Shown: in pieces, positions 53,270 through 64,000 of the stretch
How the letters are laid out: every line of letters begins with the position of its first letter
How positions within the stretch are numbered: position 1 is the first letter of the stretch
Assembly (NCBI RefSeq): GCF_006345805.1
Contig: NC_043006.1
Location: 95,728,001-95,792,000 of the forward strand
DNA from: Octopus sinensis
Lineage: Eukaryota
Direction of reading: 5' to 3'
Length of the DNA: 64,000 bases
Notes under the pieces: model-generated
Database searches by the model: none
What the model was told of the DNA's origin: nothing
Seen by the model: only the letters and a program-made list of their open reading frames with translations
Made by a program: the position numbers and the translations under genes

Positions 53270-53506
53270 ATACACAAAGGGTAAATATATGCACAACGAA
53301 GTACCGATATTTACTGGAAATAGCGAACGTAATAATACGAGGCTAATGTACTAGCAAAAATGTACCGCGTATGTACTAGCAAAAATGCGTGTGAGCAACA
53401 AACTAGAACATGTAGGATGAAGCTGTACATTAGCGTCGTATCATTACGTTCGCTACTTCCAGTAAATATCGGTACTTCGTTGTGCCATATATTTACTTCT
53501 TTGTAT
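53270..53506. repeat. About 80-bp inverted repeat (fold-back element) between (TA)n and a SINE tail
   Basis: 53270-53351 versus 53425-53506, few mismatches. The motif atgtactagcaaaaatg is repeated twice at the spacer. Confidence 0.88.
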
Positions 53507-53514
53507 ATATATAT

Positions 53515-53925
53515 CTTTTATTTTTCTATTAATTCTTTCAGTCATTTGATAGCGGCCATGCAGGAGCACTGCCTTTAGTCGAGCAAATCGACACCAGGAC
53601 TTATTCTTTGTAAGTCTAGTACTTATTCTGTAATTTTCTGTTGTCGAACCGCTAAGTCACGGGGACATAAACACACCATCATCGGTTGTCAAGCGATGTT
53701 AGGGGACAAACACAAGACACAAAAACGTATACAAACACATACATATATACATATATACGACAAGCTTCTTTCAGTTTCCACTCACAAGGCTTTGGGTCGG
53801 CCCGAGGCTATAGTAGAAGACACTTGCCCAAGGTGCCATGCAGTTGGACTGAGTCCGGAACCATGTGGTTGGTAAGCAAGCTACTTACAACATAGCCACT
53901 CCTGCGCCTAACCACACAGCTACTC
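53515..53925 (-). mobile_element. Family A SINE, full length
   Basis: Reverse complement of 49311-49730. Confidence 0.88.
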
Positions 53926-53985
53926 CATATATGTATATGTGTGTGTGTTTATCGCAAATCAAGTTTCTCCTTTCGCTTCCACCAG

Positions 53986-54096
53986 TCGCATACATATTGC
54001 ACAGAGGTAATATTCTAGATGTAATGGCGCGGATGCTGCGATTTCTGCCATTAATCTTACGCTTAATGTTAACGTTAACAGGGATGACAAATCCAG
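53986..54096 (+). CDS. Candidate 111-nt exon (AYILHRGNILDVMARMLRFLPLILRLMLTLTGMTNP), signal-peptide-like after the Met
   Basis: Acceptor tttctcctttcgcttccaccAG, donor CAG|GTAAAT, single open frame, phase 1-1. Confidence 0.33.
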
Positions 54097-54690
54097 GTAA
54101 ATGCATACATGTGAATAAATATATACACTCATAGGTGTATGTCATATGGGTATAGATTTGCCTGTGTGCGAGTATGGTATATGAACACTACATATCATTC
54201 ACACACACACAGGTATAATCATATATAGGCATACATGTATGTACGTCACAATGTGTGTATGCAAGCCCGGAGATATGAATATGAAGACATAGCAACAAGG
54301 TTGCTATGTACACAAATCTTCTAACTTATACGTGTAGTACATAAAGAATTTTTATGGAAGTATTCGCCACACAGAACGTCACTAGATACATATGTACAGA
54401 TATACACGTGGGCACATAGGTCCCTACAACTACAGGAACACACATGTATGTATACGAGTATACACATACTTTTGTGTGTGGGCAGATATAATCATATATA
54501 TATATGTATATGTATATATATTCATATATATATATATATATATATAATATATATATATACATATATTCACATATACAGAGACAGATTTAGATAGATAGTT
54601 ATATATAATTATGTATATATATATATAGAGAGAGAGAGTGAGATACGTATCTAAAAACATAGAATAGTATACATATATTTACGTAATATA

Positions 54691-54722
<32 letters not shown>

Positions 54723-54981
54723 ATTATACATATATATATACATATATATATATATATGTGTGTGCGTGGGGTGTGTGGGTGTGTTGTGTGTGTGTATGTG
54801 TGTGTGTTTGCATATGTATATGATGGGGAAGAAGAGCGGAAATAAGGGCATAGATATATAAACAATTTTCAATTTGTTACGTAAGGCACAGTAGGGTAAT
54901 TGGATTAATGTATATATAATGCAAACGTGTCTTTCTACTAAAACAACCTCCCACATCAATACACACCAAACACCCACGGGT

Positions 54982-55022
<41 letters not shown>

Positions 55023-55034
55023 GCAAATATATAT

Positions 55035-55082
<48 letters not shown>

Positions 55083-55110
55083 CATACATACGTATATATG
55101 TATATATATG

Positions 55111-55170
<60 letters not shown>

Positions 55171-55461
55171 AGAATACATATACGTACTTTCCACGTAATA
55201 AATATATATATGAGTATCTCTATGTAAATAGCATGTGTATCTGTGTGGGAATGTATGTGCGTGTGTGTGGGTGCGGGCGCGCGCGCGTGAATACGTATAT
55301 ACATACATACGCGTCCATTTAAATATACGCAGATTGAAACAACCACATATATTTATATAAGGCATATATTTATATACATATAAACAGAGACACATATACA
55401 GACACACGCACACACCTACACACACGCGCACACACACAAACAAATATTTTCATTTATATAA

Positions 55462-55530
<69 letters not shown>

Positions 55531-56376
55531 TAGATATATAGATATATATACATATATATATATATAAACATTTATATATACATGTATACATATGCATGCA
55601 TATGTAAACTTATTGCTTTCTAACAGACTTCGTATCGAATCATCAAAGTTTCAGGAGACAAACAAAAATGTAAAATAAGTAAGAATAAAACAAAAAAAAA
55701 AAAGAAAGAGAAAATTACAGATTTAGATAAAAAATTTCGATAAGTATATTTAGAAATTTTTTCGTCATACGAGGAGTGAGATAACGTAGTTTTAATGCAA
55801 TATCTCATAATTTCGAAAAAGCTTTCATCTTCTCGAACATAAAACGGATCCACCACCATTAAACTTATAACGTCCAAATATCCTTCCCTTAATTGGTAGA
55901 CATAAACATATATATATATATATACATGTATATATATATACTTCATAATATATATATATATGTACATAACATGTATATAAACACCGAAGCAACATATACG
56001 TTTATCATTCTCCATATAGAAACGTACGCATACATACATATTAAGTATGCACTCATGTGTGTGTGTGTGTATGTATATATGTGTGTATATACATATGCAT
56101 ATATGTATATATGTAGATATATATATATATGCATATATTTATACATGCATATATATATGCATATATATTGTTTTCTCATATTCCTATATGAATTCGCTAA
56201 AAATCTAATGGTTATGAAGTTAATGAGATTTTTTCGACGTTCAATCAGGTTTATGATGTGTTTATACTGATGTATACCGGTATTGTTCCCAATTGATATA
56301 TATATATATATATGTGTGTGTGCGTGAGTGTATAATATACGTATGTATCTCTGTGTATATATGTATACTATACATA

Positions 56377-56447
<71 letters not shown>

Positions 56448-56817
56448 TGCAATGAAACCAATATAATATCTACGTCTAACACTGACCATAAAGCCCAATT
56501 AACACAATCTAACGAATTAGCACATTTAAAAGATTAGAAACAAGTCATTGGAATAAAGAGAATATGTGGTACAAACTGCTCACATCATTAATAAACGCTA
56601 CAGCGAAAGGCATTCTAACGTCTGCTGTCACTCAGAAATCCTTATGGTTTCGACACCTAGGCAGTACTATTGAGTCGTTCGGGTCATTACCATTCTAACA
56701 TAGAAATGTTGCTTGGGAATAACAGCCACTGAGCAGGGAAAAATGTAAGTCACGTTTATGGAAATATATATACGAACATATTCATATGGTGCAAACACTG
56801 ATATCATCAATCACTTA

Positions 56818-57140
56818 TCGTTTACTTGTTTCAGTTGTTGTACTGCGGCCATAATGGGGCAAAGCCTTGATGCGTTAATCCCACAAATCGACCCCGGTAC
56901 ATTTTACCATCCTCGTATCAAATAGCAAACTACTTAGTTACGCAACATTACTCTTCAAGCGATCGGGGAGAATTAACGCGAATATATGTCTAGGTAGGCA
57001 TATATACGTTAAAATATATACGACGGGCTTCTTTCACTTTCTGTCTACCAAATCCACTCACAAGGTTTTGTTCCCTCTGGAGCTATTGTAGAGGACACCT
57101 AGCCAAGTTAACAAGCCGTGGCACTAAGCCCAAAGCCACA
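56818..57140 (-). mobile_element. Degenerate family A SINE
   Basis: tttacttgtttcag...gcggccat and cgacgggcttctttca...aaatccactcacaagg. Confidence 0.7.
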
Positions 57141-57229
57141 ATAGTGTCAATATATATATATTTATATAGTTGTGCATGTGTGCAAATCGAGGGGTTTAGG
57201 CAGATGTAAATTGATCAAGGCTCCATTTA

Positions 57230-57251
57230 AGTCAATAATAATAATAATAAT

Positions 57252-57292
<41 letters not shown>

Positions 57293-57393
57293 TAACAATA
57301 ACAACAACAACAACAGCAACAACAACAACAACAATAATAATAATAATAATGATAACAATAACAACAACAACAACAATAATAATAATAATAATA
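57230..57393. repeat. (AAT)n/(AAC)n compound microsatellite
   Basis: Read directly. Confidence 0.97.
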
Positions 57394-59747
57394 AGATCCC
57401 CAACTTCTGGTTGAAATATCTGACAGGAATGCACAAAAAGCAGGCTGAATGGCTCATGAAGGGGAAAACCATCTTAATTCCCAAATCAAATGAGACAGCA
57501 AAACCAGAGAACTACAGACCTATAACATGTATCCCTACAATGTACAAAGCATTCACTGCAGTAATATCACAAAGATTAAACAAGCATCTGTACGAAAACA
57601 ACCTGTTTCCGGAAGAGCAGAAAGGATGTCGCAAAGTCTCAGACGGCTATAAAGATCAACTAATGATCAATAAAGCCATAACTGAAGACGGCCACAGAAA
57701 GAAGAAATGCCTCAGTATGGCCTGGATCGACTACAAAAAGGCGTTTGATAGCATCCCCCACACATGGATCCTCGAAACACTAGCCATGAACAAAGTTGCA
57801 CCAACAATTATAAAATACATATGACACTCTATGAATAAATGGCAAACAATGCTACAGCTCCAAACAAAAGAGGGACTCATGAAAACCAAAGGCATCCCCA
57901 TTAGAAGAGGAATATTCCAGGGAGACACGCTCTCTCCACTCCTTTTCTGCTTGGCACTGTCACCTCTATCTGATATGCTGAATAGAACTGGATGCGGATA
58001 TAAATGTTACGGCAAAACGATCAGCCACCTTTTATATATGGATGACCTAAAACTATACGCTACAAATGACAAACAGCTGGAAACACTATTAAATACAGTT
58101 CATGGATTCACCAAAGAAATAGATATGAAATCTGGATTAGAAACATGCGCCAAAGTAACCATGAAAAGAGGAAAACTAGTTAAGAGTAACAACATCACAC
58201 TAGATAAAACCAATGAAATAAAAGAATTAGACCAAAGCCAAACTTACAAATACTTAGGAATCCATGAACTAGATAAGACACAACACACAAATGAAAGAGA
58301 AAATAAAAAAAGAATATTATAGACGAGTTAGATCAATACTAAAAACAGAGCTTAATGCTAAAAATAAGATAATACGTATTAACACTTTAGCCGTCCCAGT
58401 TATAAGCTACAGCTACAAAATCCTTAACTGAACACTAAATGAACTGACCAAAATAGATAGGAAAACAAGAAAATAATGAGAGGATCTAGGATGCATCACC
58501 CAAACTCTGACATAGAAAGACTATATATACAAAGTATAGACGTGGTAGAGGCCTTATACTGCTGAAACCTCTATAATAACCACCATAGGACTGCAAAAAT
58601 ATCTACTTCAGAAGGAAGGAAAACTGATACAAATAGCGGCAAAACCGAGCAAAACAAAAACTTTCTCAGTATTTAAGGAAGCTGACAAATACAAACAAGA
58701 AATCATACCACCTTATAAATATGAAGAAGAAGAAGAAGAAGAAGAAGAAGAAGAAGAAGAAGAAGAAGAAGAAGAAGAAGAAGAAGAAGAAGAAGAAGAA
58801 GAAGAAAAGAAGAAACAACAAAAGCTATAAAACAAATGAAATCCAAACTAAAAATAGAACAGCAACCAGCCATGATAAAACGATGGCAAGAAAAGCCCCT
58901 ATGGTAAAATACTACTGGACTAAACTAAATGCCAAAGAAATAGAGGAAAGAAAAATTCAGCAATGGTTGAGAAGCTCATGACTCAAAGCAGAGACAGAGG
59001 GATTTTTATTGCAGGCACAAGAACAAAGCCTCCCCACCAGAAATTACCAAAAAATGTAAAGAAACGAAATATAACAAGTAACTGCAGAATATGTGGAGAT
59101 GGACAAGAAGCAATAAATCATATTATCTCTGGCTGCCCAGTCCTGGCTAAGAAGGAATATATTCACAGACATGACAGAGTTGGAACCTACATACACTGGA
59201 AGCTATGCCAACTTTATGGAATAACAACAGAAAAAAAATGGTATAGTCACACACCAGAAAAGGTCACAGAAAACGAGAAAGCAACCATACTCTGGGATAT
59301 GCCGATACACACAGATAGAGAAATTAAGGCTAACAGACCAGATATAGTTGTCAGAGATCATGAAGAAAAAAATGCTTTCTGATTGATGTATCAATACCAG
59401 CAGATGACAACAATTCTCTAAACGAAATGGAGAAACATTCAAAATACAAAGACCTGGAAATAGTGGTAACCAGAATGTGGAATCGAAAAACAGAAACAAT
59501 TCCTATCATAGTAGGTGCATTAGGCATGATAAAAAATATTCAGACAAATACATAACAAAAACACCAGGACTTACAAACAAATATAACATACAGAAAATTG
59601 CACTACTAGGCACTTCACACATCCTACGCAGAGCACTTTCCATACAATAACCATCAGAGCATCACAACAAATCACAGCACATACCTAAGGCACACAGAGC
59701 TGCGCTCGGTAGTGAAGTGAAAGCACGCTATGAAAATAAAACTACTG
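57394..59747 (+). mobile_element. Dong/R4-type LINE, 5'-truncated, with an internal (GAA)n expansion at 58723-58806
   Basis: YRPITC, EQKGC, WIDYKKAFDS, GIFQGDTLSPLLF, LYMDDLKL, YKYLG, CRIC...INHIISGC, RHD, RPDI; flanked by (AAT)n. Confidence 0.95.
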
Positions 59748-59800
59748 AATAATAATAATAATAATAATATAATAATAATAATAAAATAATAATAATGATA

Positions 59801-59856
<56 letters not shown>

Positions 59857-59862
59857 TAATAA

Positions 59863-59899
<37 letters not shown>

Positions 59900-59901
<2 letters not shown>

Positions 59902-60160
59902 TGTCAGAAACAACTAGACAGCATATCAGGAGAAGTACGACACAGAGAAATCCAAGTACTGCCAACAACCTTAGAAACCCCCCCATCAATTTGAATGTCT
60001 GTGTTGCATTGCATGAAGAGGTTTTGGAACTTCCCCTGCCACTTCCCCTCACCAAGCTTTCAGTCATACTGTAACATCTCTTGTCCTTCACTTGCCCTGG
60101 GATGTTGGGCGTGCCTCGGCAAGTGAATGTAACAAACATGCAGATTAAAAGTAAATAAAA
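59900..60160 (+). mobile_element. Degenerate 3' end of the Dong family seen at 42150-43940
   Basis: cacttgccct...ggcaagtga...aaacatgcagattaaaagtaaa is shared with 43868-43935. Confidence 0.75.
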
Positions 60161-61606
60161 ATAGACAATAAGAAGAGATTGTTTGTTTAATGGTTTGAAC
60201 CGCATCTCGGCAGATGGTCTGTCATATTCGGGTTCAAAATGTACAATGAAAACCGTAGAAACACAGAAATTCAAAATATAAATGACGAAATCATGCTTCC
60301 TATTTTGATAGAATGCCATCATCAGTTTTCAATTTCTCTAACTGGTAATAGGAAAACAGCTGAAATTTAAAAGAAGGAAGAAAAAAGAAAAGGGAAAAGA
60401 AAAAAAATACCTAACGGTTTTGTATAAATGTGATGAAACGCTCCTGTCATTTTATTCATTTCACCAGAGCGTGATATTAGTAATTCACAAATATATTTGT
60501 CCTCATGCCTTTTACGGACTGAAAATGTAGAAGATACAGGATATTTTCTGATAATCTTCACTTTCAGGTGTTCCTCAAAATTATAGCCGCTTGATCTAGA
60601 ATGTTCTCTCGAATTACTGCTACATAGTTATTGTGCCTGATCTCATACCTTTGCACATTAACTCTTTTGCTTAATTGTTCTCTTTTACAACCAACATAAA
60701 TCAAGTTGTGTTTGGTGCATTCTGCTGCGTAACCAAATGGGAATCTTTACAGGTCCCACCTTCCGTATAAATCATAGCTTTTCTGTAATGATTCATGATG
60801 GAATTAACTTGATACATGTTGTTACACAATTAACAGGGATTAAACCTCTTGCTGCTTTGTAAGGTGTAGCGCTCAGAAACTCAAATGGTTGTTTTCTTGG
60901 AGTTAGAAATAGTGGTTAATATTTCTCTCAAATATTTATATTAATATTTCTCTAATAAAAATATTGCGTCTCAAGGCTACAATAGGCGGTTGAGGGAATA
61001 TTTGCTTGAAACGAGGATATTTTTTTCTGCAATATATTTTTAAATTTGATGCAACACTTTTGAAACGCCAGCGAAATTTCGGAGCCAGTTAAACACTAGA
61101 GGAATTATGTAGCAAATTTTACTTTTGTTGCTAAAATTATGCTTGGAAAGTTGACTTTCCTTGCTAAATTTAGATAAGCCATTTGCGATTTCCATTAATC
61201 GTAATTCACTGTAAATGCAACGACATTTGCATGTTTCCAGTAATCTCCAATATCATTACGATATTGACAAACTTGAGAGCAGTAACCACATTGTTGCCGC
61301 TTGCTCAGTTTTTGATCCCTACAGTATATAACACCAGGCCAATTATTTCACTATGATATTCAGAACCCTAAGAACTGGTATGAACATCATCCATAGCTGA
61401 GGGAGATGATGTTACCGTCGTATGGGTGGCATAAAATTACTGCAAGGAAACACCATTAGATTGCTGTAGAATAAATGACGGATGCTAATATCTCTATGTG
61501 CTTCAATACGATAGGATAATGGAAGGAAACGAGAGAAAAACTCTCTAAAGGCTACAAAAGAAGAATTAGGAAGATACGTGAAAAGAAATTAAAGCAATAC
61601 ACTCCA

Positions 61607-61637
<31 letters not shown>

Positions 61638-61729
61638 CAACACACACACACATATATATATGATAATATATATATATATATCTATATATATATATATGGT
61701 TATGTCCATCTAAAGAAACTCTGCTCCGT

Positions 61730-62200
61730 TTTTGAAATGGAGAAGGGTTGAGCTACAGAACTTGGAAAGAAAAGCGAGGAAACTGATCACGGTGAAGAAG
61801 GCGTACCATCCTAAAAATAATATTAGCAGACTTTACCAAACCAGAAATGAAGATGGCACAGGATTGCTAAAACGAGTGGAGTTCAATAGAAGTACGATAT
61901 TGAGTTTGAAAATGTGTGGGATAAAGAAAGAATATCATCGGACACATGTAGATGCACAAAATGTTACAGGAAGTGTACGAGAATTCATAAGCCAAAGAAA
62001 CAACAACAAACAAAGCAGACGGAAAGAAATATAATTACATGGCCAGTTCATGTAATAACCCAAGGGTGTTGAAAGGAAAGAAAAAAAAAGCACCAGCTAT
62101 GGCTGACGGACTGAAAAATGAAATGAACGGCCGAAGCACTAATTATAGATGCTCAGGAGCAAATGCGTAGGGATAAGTTTGATAAAAGCAAAGATCCACA
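61730..62200 (+). mobile_element. Old Dong/R4-type LINE fragment
   Basis: ELQNLERKARKLITVKKAYHPKNNISRLY...GTGL and LHGQF motifs. Confidence 0.65.
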
Positions 62201-62719
62201 AAACTCGTGTTTTGAGTTTGTGTTTGTATCCTTCTACCTCCTGTCAGCCAGTCTTGGTTTATTTACGTCCCCATAATTTACCTCTTCTGCAAAAGAGACC
62301 AATACGATAAGTACGAGACTAAAACAAAATATTAATAAAATGTACTTGGGTCGATTTGTTTGACTAAATCCTTCAGGTATTTGCCCCAGTAAGGCCACAT
62401 GAGTGTAACAAGTAAAAGATAAAGGATATATGCAATCGAGGATGTGATTAAAATACCTGCTGAGACGAATTTTCCTCTATCACCGATATTTATTGCGAAA
62501 TGTTACCACAGGACAAAGACTACAGACACTGAGTTATCGAAGGTCTGTATACGTTAAGTATGATACGTTGATGGCTATTTGTTTCATTATTTGTGCCCAG
62601 TTTTTGTCAGAGTCGAAATGAATACAGCTTTTGTCATGTAAACCAAGCCTGGAATTATTTTTAATTGATCAAATACAGAGGATAATTGAAATACTGTGAG
62701 ATCTTGATTGATATGAACG

Positions 62720-63039
62720 CTAACTGTGATAATGATGATGGTCACAATGACGACGACGACGACGACAAGGACGATGATGACGATGATGACGATGATGATG
62801 ATGAAGATGAAGAGCATGGGGATGATGATTATGATGATGATGATGATGGTGATAATCACCGTCTTCTGTTTGTGTGATAATGTTATTAATGGTAATAAAA
62901 TCGATGAAAATAAAGACGAGTATGAATAGAATTAGATATTCGCCGATGACGAGCCACAATGACGAAAACCACGACGATGACGACAATGATGGGGACGATG
63001 TTGATAATAATAATAATGATGATAATAATAATGATTATG

Positions 63040-63071
<32 letters not shown>

Positions 63072-63142
63072 CATTATTATTATTATCATTATTATTATTA
63101 TTATTATTATTACTATTATTATTATTATTACTATTATTATTA
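62720..63142. repeat. (GAT/GAC)n and (ATT)n trinucleotide arrays
   Basis: Read directly. Confidence 0.93.
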
Positions 63143-63540
63143 TGGTTGTGTGGTAAGAAGATTGCTTTGCATGGCTCCAGGTTCAGCCCCACTGCGTGTC
63201 ACCTTGGGCAAGTGACTCCTACTTGTAGCCACGGACCGAAAACCTTATGAGTGGATTTGGTCGACGAAAACTGAAAGAAGCCCGCCGTATATACATATAT
63301 ATATATATAATCAGTTCAAATAAATGGATATGTATGTGTGTATGTGTGTTTGTGCTTGTGTTTGTCTCCACTATCACTGCTTGACAACTGGTATTGCTGT
63401 ATTTACGTCCCCGTAACTTAGCGAGGATAGAGTAAGAACGAGGTTTTAAGAATAACTCCCCCGTTCGATTTGTTTGACTAAAACCCTTCAAAGCAGTGCT
63501 CCAGCATGGCCGCAGTCAAATCACTGAAGCAAGTAAAATA
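63143..63540 (+). mobile_element. Family A SINE, near full length
   Basis: Head, accttgggcaagtg, internal microsatellite and tail gtgctccagcatggccgcagtc. Confidence 0.85.
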
Positions 63541-63626
63541 ATGATAAGACGATGACAATAATGGTGATGAGGATGATCATCATGATCACGATGGTATGAT
63601 GATGATGATGATGATTGTGATGATGA

Positions 63627-63659
<33 letters not shown>

Positions 63660-64000
63660 AAGATGGTGAGGAGGAGGGCGGTAGCAGTGACGACTATGAT
63701 TCGGGATATTCTCCACCGGGAACTTAATCATGATGAGGAGACAAAAAATGAGTAGGAGTGGTCGGAGGCAATCGCTATAGAGCGGTAGTAAGAAGGAGAT
63801 AACGAAAGTAGTGGACAAAATAATTCAGATGGCTTCGGCTTAAAAAAAAAAATGAAAAAAAAAATACTTGCTGCGACTAAACAAAAGCAACGCTTTAAGA
63901 CGAAGAGGTGAGAGAAAACCCCCGAGCAGATTAAAAGGGTGAATAATGTAAGGACCTTTTTAAGAGGACATTGTCTTCTTTAGTATTAGAATAGCTGATA

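Noticed and set aside
62686-62877. Acidic Asp-rich ORF resembling a biomineralisation protein
   Set aside because: Degenerate (GAT/GAC)n array among other trinucleotide repeats, with no signal peptide or splice support.

Overview
Eukaryotic, AT-rich, mostly non-coding window saturated with microsatellites ((TA)n, (CA)n, (GATA)n, (TATG)n, (AAT)n) and transposable elements. The repeat repertoire looks like an octopus/coleoid genome; this is my inference, not a database result. Almost all ORFs in the supplied track are microsatellite artefacts. Recognisable protein remnants are all from TEs: a CR1/L2-group LINE (34.3-37.3 kb), several Dong/R4-type LINEs sitting in (AAT)n tracts, RTE fragments, a non-autonomous Helitron with both termini, Tc1/mariner relics and MITEs, and a Penelope GIY-YIG fragment. 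At least four tRNA-headed SINE families are present. The most striking signal is a set of minimal type-I hammerhead ribozyme motifs (CUGANGA...GAAAC with a palindromic helix III) in several unrelated fold-back elements. One of these is a tRNA-headed SINE whose 3' tail is a hammerhead, and all three of its insertions have an inverted partial copy and a 7-12 bp target-site duplication, suggesting a SINE mobilised by Penelope-like elements. A few small candidate host exons on both strands are supported only by splice signals. There is one 100-N gap and a 1.2 kb tandem duplication that may be an assembly artefact. All coordinates were read by eye and are approximate unless termini are quoted.
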